A stretch of DNA of 64,000 bases from Geosiphon pyriformis uo1 (Eukaryota; Fungi; Glomeromycota): contig JAAOMT010000777.1 in the NCBI GenBank assembly GCA_016748015.1, positions 477,393 through 541,392 on the forward strand, in the 5' to 3' direction. The position numbers were made by a program, and so were the translations under genes. Positions within the stretch are counted from its first letter, which is position 1. Each line of letters begins with the position of its first letter. A model generated the notes under the pieces. The model saw only the letters and a list, made by a program, of their open reading frames with translations, searched no databases and had not been told where the DNA came from. This document shows positions 22,553 through 35,000 of the stretch, piece by piece.

Positions 22553-25233
22553 AATAAAAAAACATATATATATAAATTAAAATTCAGAATTTTGTTACTA
22601 AAATTCATTTATTTTTTTATATTTAAAGTTAAATACAATTAGTATAATGTTTTTAGAATTTTTATGAATTAAATTAATTGTTTTTAATTATAATTATTAA
22701 TAATATATTAATATTTATTAATTATTATTATTATTTTTTCTTAAATTAAGAAATTATAATAAATTTAAAATTAATTAAAAGTAGCATAAACAATAATTTA
22801 ATAATTATAACAAGTAATTTAATATTATAATAGTTTAATAATAATAAAAAATATTTTAAAAAATTAATTTTACAAAAGATTATAACTTATTAAAAAAATA
22901 AAAAACAATATTAAATTTTGCTAATTGTAATTAAATAGTATAAAATAAACCAATTATAAATAAAAGTAAATATTATTAACTAAAAAAACTGTTATTAAGA
23001 ATATTAATATTCAAAAAGCTTTAATATATCTGTTTTTTATAAAAAAAGCTTAATAGATAAAATTATTAGTAAAAATATTAAAAAAATTTCAAATACAACC
23101 AAATCTTTAAAATTTAATATTATATAAACAAAACACTAAAAGTTATATTATTTTATCTAAATAAATTATTTATAATAATATTTAACAAATAAAAAAGCTA
23201 AATATATTAAATATATTTTAAAAATAATTAATTATAACTATTTTAATAAAGTTAAGCTATATTAAATAACATTAAATTACCAATACTCTTTAAAAAAAAC
23301 ACAAATTTAATATTTAAAACAAATAAATATCAATTTTATTAAGAATATATGTTTTATAATAATTAATAATATTTAAAATTCTATATTTTTAATATATTAT
23401 TATTTATTAAAACATAAAATCAAATTTAAAAAAATCAAAACAAAAACATTTTTTTAATTACTTTAATTAACTTAATTAAAATCTAATTTGTTGTTTAACT
23501 TAAACATTTTACCAACAATAAACAAAAGATTAAATCAAAAAATAATATAAAATTAATACTAAATATAATTTATAATATTTAAAAAAAAACATTAGTTTTA
23601 TAATTATAATTATTAATTAAACTTAATTTAAAATAATAATAATACAAATTGCTTTAAATTATTTTTAATAAGCAAAAAAATTAATATTAAAAAAATTATT
23701 AATACAAAATACAATAATATTTTAAATAAAACAATTTTTTTTACAATTAAATATGCTAAAAATATTGTTGAAATTATTTATTTACTTTTAATTAATATTT
23801 CGAATTTACAACTAATTTAAAAAATTTAATATTATATTTTATAATTTTAATAATTATTTAGTTATTTTATTTAATTGTTTAAATATTAAAATTATATATA
23901 ATATTTTTTAAAAAAAATTAATTTAACTAATTCTAAATTTTATTTAAGTTATTCAAAATTTATTTTTAATATCTAATAATATTTTTATTACTAAAAATTA
24001 TTATATTATTATAAACTATTTTAAATTCACATAAAACAATTAAAACAATATTAACAAAAACAATTTAAGCAGTTTATTATAGAATATGCTAACATATTTA
24101 CAATAATTTAAAAAAACTAATTTGTTTTAATACTAAATTTACATAAAAAATACCAAAACAAAATAATAACAAGCTTATTAAGTATTATTTTATTAAAAAA
24201 AAGATATAATAAATGTTTAATAATAGATTTATTTGGTTTTTAATAAGTTTATAAATAGTTTTTATAAAAAATTTGATCTTATATAAATTATTATTAATTT
24301 AACAGTATTATAATTAAAAATATTTAATTTTTATTACATATTAATAATATGTATTAAATAATTTAAAATATTTAAAATATTTTTCAACTTTTAACTTAAA
24401 AAGTAATATTAATAAATTACTTTAAATTTTAAAAATTGTTTAAAAACAATATTTATTATTCAAAAAAATATTAATTTAATATTATGTTTTTTAATTTATG
24501 CAATATATTAAAAACTTATATATATTGTTCATATTAAACTTTTGTAAAAATTAATAGTTGTTTATTTTAATAATATTAATATTTATTTTTTAATATTTAA
24601 AACTTATTTAATCTATTTATAAAATTTTTTTAATAATTATAAAAAACAAAATTAAAATTAAATAGTAAAAAATATTATTTTAAAAAAAAAACTTGGTTTT
24701 TTTAATCATATTATTAACAAAAATAAAATAAATTTGATTTAAAAAAGTTTAACAAAGTTTAATAATTTAAAATTTTTTAAATTAAAAATTCATAAAATTA
24801 GCTTTTTATTATAGAAAATTTATTAAAAATTACTAAATTTTTCAATTATTTACTTAATAAAAATATAAAATATTAATAAATAATTAAACAAAAACAGCTT
24901 TAAATATTTTAAAACAATATTAATAAAAATTTTAATTTTTACTTATTTAAATTTTAACAAAAAATTTTAACTAATTATTAATGTTTTTATATAATTTTTA
25001 GTATTATTTTATTTTAATTAAATAATAATAACAACAAAAAAAGTATAATATTTGTTAACAAAATTCTAAAACCAAATATTTCTTAACAAAATCAGAAACA
25101 ATAACAGTAATTTAAATTTTTAAATATTTTTAATAATAATAATATAATTATTATTAAATTCAAATAATTACACAAAACATTAAAACTTAATATTAAACAA
25201 TTTTGGTAAATAAAATTTTTAACCAATTATAAA
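22553..25233. other. Extremely AT-rich tract (probable hyper-eroded TE)
   Basis: Almost no G or C, no ORFs, not a simple tandem repeat; residual C outnumbers G on the + strand. Confidence 0.6.
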
Positions 25234-25369
25234 TACAATAAACTCTCTTTATAATTACACTTTTTGGTTAGCACATTTGTGGTGACTATAAAGAGATAGA
25301 ACTATAAAAAATGATTAATATCTTATCATATGATCTATATATTATATGCATAATATAATAATCAATTAT

Positions 25370-26936
25370 ATATATTTTATTTAAAAAAGCTATCTATTTG
25401 CAACTGTTTTTTCTCTTCTTGAACTTTGAGAACAGCATTACAAATTAATGTTCTCAAAGTTTTAAAAAAGTCTGAATCAATTTTTTCACTATACTGCTCT
25501 TTACAATAGTGCAATGTATTTTCAAATGCAATTTTATCTTAATGTGTAAATAACAAAGACAAAAGTTCATCTTCATTTTTACTTTCTAAATTTTCATTTG
25601 CATTAGAATTTCCACTATACTTGTTGTTAATAAGATCCACAATTTCATCTTCTAAGGCATAAGTGAATAATGGTTCAAACTTGTCAATATTAATGAAGTC
25701 TATTGCTAATAGCTTGTTAATATTAATATGCTCAATAAAAACTTGTATTTCTTGTAGGAGTTCTTGTTCAATATCTAATGGATAGGCTGGTATTTGACTA
25801 TTATTTAGAATTTCTATATGATGCCAACAGTTTTGAATTGTAGTTGTTATTATCACTGACCACACATAAATTAGAAAGTCAACTGCATTATTTAATGTTA
25901 CTGTTGATATTGAAATCTTGCCATTATACTGATTAATAAGATGAAAAAGAAACAACTTTTGGTATTGTGCCTTAAAGAATGCAATAATTCTTGCATTTAA
26001 TAGTTACAAATAAAATGTTGTATTGGATGGTAGGTATCTAATCATAATATTAGATAATATGGAAGGTTTTCTATCATGGAGACCAGCATTATCAAGCAAT
26101 AGCAAAATCTTTTTTTTCTTGTGACCCATTTTTTTATTTAATAAATTAAGCCATTTACTAAAAATATCGGTTTACATCCATGCTTTTGTATTGTAATAAT
26201 AAGTAATTGGAAGTGCATTCATATTAATATTGTGAAAACATCATGGCTTTGCAGCTTTGTCAATAATTAAAGGCTGTAACTTGATGCTATCTGTTGTATT
26301 ACAAGCAAAAAATATGGTAATTTGACTCTTATTATGCTTGGTGCCAAAGATAGATCTTGTTGTCAAAGTTGTATTTGGTGGTATTCTAAAGAATAATACT
26401 GTCTTATCAGTATTGTAAACATTATTTAGATCATATTTCCTGATAATCTCATGCAGTTTTTCTTATTCCTCTGGTAAAATTTTCAAAGAAGCACTGTTTG
26501 CTTTATTATACATCTTAATGTGGTGCAAATTATGATGTTTCTTGAACTTTTCTAACCAACCATTTAATGTTTTAAAGTTATTTTCTTCCAGAAACTTTTT
26601 AGCAAACTTGAAAGCTTTCATTTGTAAAATTTTTCCAGTAAAAATACAGTTGGTAGCTAGTGCTCCAAGTATCCATTCTTCTAGTATATTATTTATCTTT
26701 GGAAACATCTTTTTCCTGTTCTTTGTCAATTGACCAAAGTTGTCAGATATATTCTTTTCAATCCATTGATCTGATTTTACAAGTATCTTTGTTACAGTAG
26801 AGCAGTCAATTTTTAGATTAAATATTTTGATAAGTTTATTTGCTGAGTAGTTAGAATGTTTTAGTTTGTACTGACAGAGAGCCTTTTTAGTTTTCAAGGA
26901 GATTGCTGCTCACTTTTGGTTTACATTTTTTGGCAT
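25370..26936 (-). pseudogene. CENP-B/pogo transposase (HTH plus DDE_1), degenerate
   Basis: MPKNVNQK..; HTH with FKTLNGWLEKFKKHH; catalytic remnants YNTDKT, LLLDNAGLH and QLLNARII; C-terminal QLQIDSFF. Confidence 0.9.
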
Positions 26937-27449
26937 GTTAATAAGAACACACTTTTTATTGCATTTTGCTTTTATAACGCATTGATGTATATGTTATGTC
27001 TCAAACATCATTTTGTCTTATATCTAATTGGACATGTGAGATGTCTCATGTCATATAAAGCGCCTCAGATTATAAAAAGCAGCCAAATTATAAAAATAAA
27101 GGTTTTAATCCAATTGTAGGATTCTAAGTGCAAATGACAGATTCTTGGTAAAAAGAAATCTAATTTTGATAATGCATTTATGACACTTTTTGCCTCTTAC
27201 TCCCAACTGATAATCAATAATGAAGGCTGTCAATTTGATCCTCTGCATACTTGCATAATTGTATAGAAGATAGCACAATGTTATGTTGTCAAGCTCTCCA
27301 AATATAGCAATGCCTATATTAATTGAAATATTAATATAAAATACTTTGCACAATGTCAGGGATATTGGAGTAAAAGTCAACTGTAGTTTTTTAAAAAATG
27401 TTCAGATCATTATAAGTCATGAAATTTAATATGTAATATATATAGATAT

Positions 27450-28245
27450 GCAATGGCTTCTGAATTTATGTGGTCATATGTTGTTTTTAAAAAAAATCTA
27501 TCTGTTAAAGGTTACTTAAAATGGGCCCAAAATGAAACAAATCCTATGTTCAGGTTAAAGTATGAACAAGTCTTTTTTTATTTATAAGCAATTATTAACT
27601 TTTGCACTGGTGTTTGTTTCAATAGGTTTTCATTAAGACTTACAGTTAGATGAATGTTTGTACCAATTTGGTCTGCTTGGCACCATCCTATTTACCAATT
27701 AATTAAAATTGCCGATAAAAAACAATGGCTATGATTAAAGCCTGAAGTTTGCAAGCTGATTCAAAAAAGAATTGTAATTTCTTGATCTAAACTTTCAAAT
27801 CAACATTAAGGCCATAATGCAATACTTAAAGAAATTAACAAAATGCTCAAATCATTGATTTTTTCTACACCTTTACAATGGTATTGAGAAATTGCAGTGC
27901 ATAACTGTATCAAATTTGAGAGATTGCATACTAACCTCTTTAATGTTATTGGATATTCTAAAAGTGAAATATACAGGTCTCATATACATCTTAGCTTTAT
28001 TGCTAAATCAATTCAATTTTGAGTTCAGATAAAAAAGACACAGTTTGTAAATCCAAATGTCTCTAATCATGTTTTTCGTAATATTGGCCATAAATTAATT
28101 AAGCAAAGAAATGAAAAAATTCAGTGAAATTGCACGGATGAAAAAAATAGACTTTCTTAAAGCAAGATGAATTAAAAAAACATTATTAGGTATTTGAAAA
28201 CCAATTCCAGTAACAAGTGAAGAAGCAGATCATCAAAAAATGTAA
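27450..28245 (+). pseudogene. Captured fragment of another TE-associated gene (DUF6589/RAG-like C-terminal region, tentative)
   Basis: Manual translation: FVPIWSAWHHPIYQLI...PEVCKLIQKRIVIS*SKLSNQH*GHNAILKEINKMLK. This resembles the SG...D...E..N...K motif of fungal DUF6589-type proteins. Confidence 0.4.
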
Positions 28246-28399
28246 ATTTATTAATAAAATCACAACTATTACCTATTATTAACTTTCTAATACCTCTTTT
28301 AAGTGATCATGTTTTCAAAGCTTATTAAGTTAATTGTGTGACAGCCTAATAAATATTCTTCAAAAAGTTAGAAATATATTGTATTGTATACAGTTTTGT

Positions 28400-29225
28400 T
28401 TACTTTGGGTTAGGTGTATTACCATTTATAATTGGTATTTTTAAAACATGATATGTTAAGTCTAGGTCTGAATCTCTATTCTGTATGATTATGTTTGGAT
28501 TATGAAAAGCATTCAACATGGATTTATTTGCTCTAAAAAAGTTGATTTTTATTACATCTTTAAAACTATCAGTCAAACTTTCACTTGTTAATACTAAATA
28601 TTGGTTGAATAATGAATATGATTGCTAGTATAGAGCCCTTTTTTAATTGCAGATGCCAAAGTTGATGTGAAAATGTATTTATTGGATATATATTAGATTC
28701 TCATGCTCTGAGTTTTATTACTGGTCATATTTTTTTTCCTAAGAAAAGATAAATTCAAACTCCATTCTTAGTTGATTTGTTTAAGCAATGTTTCATTAAC
28801 AAACTTGTTTCTGGAGGATTCTATTGGGCCATTATTCTTGCTTGTAGATCTGTTAATTTTTTCTCCCAATATGGAGAAAAAGTAATTTCATTAGCCAAAG
28901 TTTGGTCTAGAGTAACTTTATTGATACTTGTAGCAACAGTCTTCAAAACACTACCAGTCTCTGAAACACCACCAGTCTCTAAAGCACCAAAAGCAGCAGT
29001 ACTGTACCATATGTCAACTATTATTAAAACTCTCATAATATCCGCAAACAACAAGCCAAATATAATAGTTCTGTCATTGTTTTCTGATGGCAGTGGTGGC
29101 TTATAAAGAAAAAGAGTAATTGAATGTTGTAATATTTCAGAAATTTTGTTTAGTGTTCTATAATCATTTCTAGAAACTTCTCTAATTTTTTTTACTATCA
29201 TAAAAAGAATGATTTCCATTGACAA
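28400..29225 (-). pseudogene. Unknown cargo gene remnant
   Basis: ORF 28821-29225 has a hydrophobic segment and 18-bp repeats (ETGGVS/ETGSVL). A second frame continues about 140 codons to ~28400 with three internal stops. Confidence 0.4.
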
Positions 29226-29548
29226 ATCAGAAAATCTCTTTGACTGTACATGTCTAATTAAATATGAGATGACATCTGATGTTCATATCTAATATTATAT
29301 GATTATAGTGTAACTATAGAGAGTGAAAATTACTTATATTCTGCTATCATATTTGTGGGGATAGGGACTATAAGGAGATATATATAGTAAAAATGACTAT
29401 AAAGAGATAATATTATATATAAATGGTTTTGGTTTTTAAAAAAATGTGATTATAAGAAGATAATGACTATAATCAGAGGGACTATAGAGAGAGTTTACTG
29501 TATATTGTTTATTATAAACCAATAAAATTACATATTAATATTAATAAC

Positions 29549-31000
29549 TTTTTTTTTATTAAAGTTTAATAAGTGCAGCCCAATAACTACTTAGTATACA
29601 AAATCAAAATTGTGGACCCCAGCTAGATGTAATTCACGTATTTACTACATGTGACTAGTTATTTGGACTAATCAAAGTGACACTACACACTTATATAAAC
29701 AAATACCATATTAAACAAACTGGAAAAAAACAAACAAGGCCTACGAAAACCAAAACTCACTCCAAAAGAATAATCAATACCAATTAATCTAACTATGCTA
29801 TCTGACAAACTTTGCTCTGAGCTACAATACACCAATGACAACATCCTTGAGTCACTAACCAAATTATTTCTCTTCATGTCAGCCCTAAACTTGGACCTGA
29901 ACCCTCACAACTCAAAATGATAACACACATCCACATTTCGTACAAAGTTAACCAGAACTTAGACAGCTTCTTTGCAATCCACAAAAATCTGCACAGCTTC
30001 CTCAAACCACCCTGCTAGCACAAAACCTTTACAAAAAAGAGCATACAAGCCAATATTAGACACACATAAGAGAGATTATGGAAGGAACTAGAAGACAAAA
30101 ACCAGCCAAAAACCTCCAAGTTGACACATACTCAAATAGAATCTTCTTATAGAAGATGGATTCCTTGCCACAGATAAACACATAATCAGAGAACTCAACT
30201 TTTTTACAATGTAAACACAAAACCCCAGGGTAGTTTTTGTCATAAAGTCTCTTTCTAACCACAACAAACAGCCTACCATATACTGTTTTCATAAAATAGA
30301 AGCGCAAACTAGCCGAATGTTTACTTGTAAAACCTGAAAGCATACCCAAATCAGAATGCCAGATGGCCATAGTTCTAATTCAGTCAACATTACAAATTGA
30401 AAAACCACTCAGAATCTTAAAACCAGAACCAACTTCCCAGTACATGTAATTCACAGATCTAAAAATGTTCCAAACAAAGTGTCAAACATTACCAGAAATT
30501 GGCATGCCATTGGTCATTAAAAAATGTTCACACACATTAGTCAGTAAAAACAAAGAGGAATGAGCAGAAATGCCTACCAGTACATCTGCATGAACATTAC
30601 CCAGCACATTAGAGTGTTCTTTGACTTTTAACCAGCTTACAAAAATGTCTTTTTGAACAATTAAATTCACAATATGTCTTCTTTTCATCCAACAACAATT
30701 ACAAAAATCAGGGCCATTCAACCTTGACTCCAAAACACACACATCCAAGGCAGCTTGGCTGTCCAAGCATATCTCCACTAAACAAGAGGAAGGTATACAT
30801 TCAAGCACTAAGGCAACAGCCTGCAACTCAGCTATTGTAGAAGACAATAGACCTACAACTCTAATCCCAATGCCCAACCCAATCTCAAAAAAATGCCACA
30901 GCACCTCTAGTTATATTAACAGAACTGAGTTTCTTCAAAGAGCCATTTATGAAAACAAAAATAGAACTTGACCAGACCTCAAGCAAACCAATAACTTTTA
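29549..31000 (-). mobile_element. LINE (RNase H-containing non-LTR retrotransposon), 3' portion
   Basis: RNase H (AELQAVALVLEC..DSQAAL..WLKVKEHSNVLGNVHAD), C-terminal CxxC/H motif (LCLHCKKVEFSDYVFIC), 3' UTR and poly(A) (T run at 29549-29557). Confidence 0.88.
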
Positions 31001-31830
31001 AAAAAAAAGCAAGATTAATACTAAATAAATTATTATATTAACAAATTTTTAACAAATAAAATAACAATTTCAGAAAATTACAATAATTTTAAAATTATTT
31101 ACAATACTAAAATCATAATTTCTAAATAAAAATATTTTTTATATTAGTAAGCAAAACAATATTTTTTAAAAAACAATATTATTTAATATTAAAATTTTAA
31201 AAACTTAATTAATTTATTCAAATTAGTTTAAGAACATAAAAAACAATTTTATATAATATGTATTTAGCTTTTTTATTAATACATTTTAGAAAAAACAATA
31301 TAATTTAAAAAATACTAAAATACTATTTTTGATTATATATGCAAAAATACATTTAATAATATGTTGTAATAATTGTTAAAAAAAAAGAATTTGTTTTTTA
31401 AATTTAATTAAATTATTGTCTATTTTAACAAAAACCAATACATTATAATAGCTGTAAATTATTTTATAAGTAAAAAGTATTTAAAAACCAAATACAAAAT
31501 CAATAACAAATTTCATTTATAAAAAAATATTAATTGTTTAATTAATTTTTTATATAATTAAAAAACATATTTTGTAAACAATTTAATACCAAAAATTTAT
31601 TAATAATTCAATATTAATATTTTTATCATATTATTTTTAAACAAATAAACTTGTAAAATGTTTTAACAAAACTTTTTGTGAATTATTAACCAAAATTTTA
31701 ACAAAAATAAATAAAATATTTTTATTTTATTAATATTACTAATTTATAAAACACCAAAACAAAATACAACAAAACACACAATATTTAATTTAACTTATAA
31801 AAAAACAACAATATTACAAAAGAAACCTTT
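31000..31830. other. Extremely AT-rich tract continuing from the LINE
   Basis: Abrupt loss of G/C directly upstream of the LINE RNase H remnant. Confidence 0.55.
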
Positions 31831-32026
31831 CAAAAAACTCTCCAATGAGTAATCAACAATTTCATAACTGAATTTGCATAATTATTTTTTACATAAAAAG
31901 TTTGTTAAAATTAAACAGATTTGCTTTCCCACATTGTACAAAAATAATAACCATTTTAAAAATCTATTTTACAGAAAAACTAAAAATATCTATTATCCTG
32001 TAATTCCCTTGTGCAGATATTAAAAT

Positions 32027-35000
32027 TCACAAAAACACTTTTATAATCCCCTCACGATCACTCGAAATCAACATGGGGAAAGGCAATTCAGTGATCTGGA
32101 TATCAGTCACACAATCTAAATGATTTTTCAATAATTGCTGTTGTTGTAAAGCAACCAAGCTACTACGACCACTGGTGCCTTTTTGTTTTATTGTTGATCT
32201 TTTGCCGCGTGAGGATCCCTCACCCTCGCGTGGATTACCTGTTGACGAGCCTGCAATTGCTACGCCCAGTCTGGCTTGGGGATGTGATTCGAGGTGTACG
32301 GATATTTGGTCAAATTGTTTGGTGCTATTTCAAAAAAATGATTGAGAACGAGTAAATTCAATTTTCCTAAACAGAATCGCGTGGAGACATGGTCTTGTGA
32401 AACCATAATTTACCTATAAGCTGGTTTAGCCTCATCAAGTTCTAAGCCGGAAATCACAAAAGAGTCTTGAATTTTACTCCTATCCCAAAACCGAATTTTG
32501 CGATCTGAACCAGCTGTTATCATATAATTGCAATCATGTGGGTATAAAACTGCCCTTATAGAATTATCAGCCGCGAAACTACTTTCATGTGCGGTGAAGG
32601 CACTACGCAAAATATCGCTAGGTCCTGGAGGATCGATAGCCTGCCATAAAATCAATAAACTAGGTCAGTATCAAAGTTTCAGCTGACTAAATCTCGAAAG
32701 AAACATCTATCAAACAATACTACCTTGAAAGTGTCCAAAGATACACCGCTCATTTTTTCGTCGCCGGTCCTGACACCATGAACTTCTTTACATTCCAGTT
32801 TCTCTATATCCCAGACAGAAACTTCATTTTTCCCAGCAGCAATTATGATCCAGGTTCGGTTTCGACCAGCCTGGGGATGTAGTAGAAGTCGACTGATTCG
32901 ACTTTTAGTTGGATGAACCCATGATCGTAGTTGAATGCGAAATCGGAGATCCCATAATGTGAAGATCCCTCTTGAGGTCCCTATCAAAAGCCATTTGTGA
33001 GATTGGTCCATTACCATTGCAGTTACAACACCATGGCTTCTAGGGTTTTCAAACGTCCATGAAATTGTCATTGTTCGCAAATCTAATCCAGAAATATTTC
33101 CTTTTGAAGTAGCATAGAGAAGGATGGACTCTTTGTTGTTGTCTACAAAATAAAAATGATTTGTGACCTTGAAGATATGATCGCGTTTACCATCATAAAC
33201 TCTCATATTTAGCAAATTTCAATTCACCTGTATAATAATGTTTCATAGACACAGCGAATTCACCTTCAAGATAGTATTCTCTTATGGTTTGGGGTTTTCC
33301 ATACTTGACCGAGTTTGTTCCCTGCGAACAATCAACAAAAAATATGTGGATGGTTCCATTTTTTGAAGCAGCCGCTATACTATGTGTATTTTCAATGAAG
33401 GTTATACACTTGACTGGGCTTCCTGTAATTATTTGATATACAAAAATAAACTTATTAAGCACGAATTCAACAAGTAAAACAAAATAATTTTCAGCGGGTG
33501 CACAAACCGAGATCATAGGTCAATCTTGAACGACTAGTAACATTTTTTTCTAATCGTGCACAATCCCATATTTTGATGGTTCCATCGTCAGAGGCTGACG
33601 CGAAAAAACTGTGATCGGGGGAAACACAAATTTGGTTGATAGTTGCCTTATGTTCGGTTAAATGAGCAACCAGTGTACCTAGAAATTTGGGAAGTTATAT
33701 TATTAAACAAAGATACAGCTCTACTAAAAATTTTTATTCCTCTTAAACCTTCTGGTCGCCAATTAACGATCGTCCTTATGGCGGTGGTTCCTTTAGCTAC
33801 TCGTCCTTGACGAGGTAGAACTTGTTTGGTCTTCTTTTCTCCAAATTCTGTAAGATATCAAGAAATGGCAATGAAAATTGTAATAGAGAAATTTAAACGG
33901 ATGGAAATACCTGTCATCTCTTCAGGGAGTTGTTGCAAATATTTGTGATCTAATAATGATTTGACATTTCGATCATTCCCATCTGATTTTTGAAGTATAT
34001 TAATCTTTTATCAATATTAAAAATAATAAGTTTTATTTGATTGTCGCCATCTTTAGAACCATATTCTCACCGTAAGTACTGGAGACATGAGCTCTAGGAA
34101 TCGCTCGTGGTTGGGTTGTTGTAGCCGCGTTAGTATGAACACCACTGCCATTCTGAGCGTTGCCTTGTTTCAAAATAGGAATTTCGGTATCACCCCTTTC
34201 CAAATTGCCTTTGGCCATGATTGTATTGGTACTAGTTGCGGGGGCCGCTTTTGGGCTTTCTAAGGTCTTGCCACCAGACAAATGTCGTTCGCGTAATGGT
34301 GTTGCGAAGGATGATGCGATGGAATTAGGGGGGCTCAAAGCGTGGTTTATCGTAATAGATAACTGGTTCTTGGGGGGCGTGGAAGGAATAACAGGTAGAT
34401 TCGGTACCACGGATATGGGTGTTGTGGCCGTTCTCTTACCCGCATTTTTGGTACTGAATTCATTTCGCGAATCTTCTGTGCCAGACATGACTCGGCGATG
34501 ACGGCTATCTTGGCGGATGGCTGACACATTGTATTCACTACTAACACGCGGCAGTGCGGATGACCCGGACTGATCATTGAGCGATAGCTTGCTGCTCAAA
34601 GCTCCTGGCAAACGGAAAGGGTTGGTCCTAGAAATTGTATATATATATTTATGCACACACTTAGCCGAGTTATAATGCTATAAATTTAAACCTATATTGT
34701 TGTGAAATGACAGTTGCCTGGGACGAGGAGCCTGTAAAAAGGTTAAGTAGAAAAAACCGATGAAGTTTGAATTATTTTCTTCATAGACAACTATTTTTCA
34801 GATTTTAACTGAAATTGAGATTACCACATTATCTTCTGGCGAACTAGTCAAAAAAACGGTGTATGGCAATAATTTGTGCTGCTTCATATCAATTTTTCCA
34901 TCAGCCTATTCGCGTAAAAGAGCATATAGATCAAACAACTAGATAAAACTAAATTTTGATAATGAATGAGCATTGATCGAACTCACGTCCATATTGATAC

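Larger units (their letters stand above)
25236..29500 (-). mobile_element. pogo/Tigger-type (Tc1/mariner superfamily) DNA transposon with cargo
   Basis: TIRs CAATAAACTCTCTTTATAAT (25236) and ACTATAGAGAGAGTTTACTG (ending 29500); TA TSDs at 25234-25235 and 29501-29502; subterminal GACTATA(A/G)AGAG repeats at both ends. Confidence 0.88.

Noticed and set aside
27360-27386. GTCAACTGTA resembling the end of a second Tigger-like TIR inside the pogo cargo
   Set aside because: No matching partner terminus found in the window.
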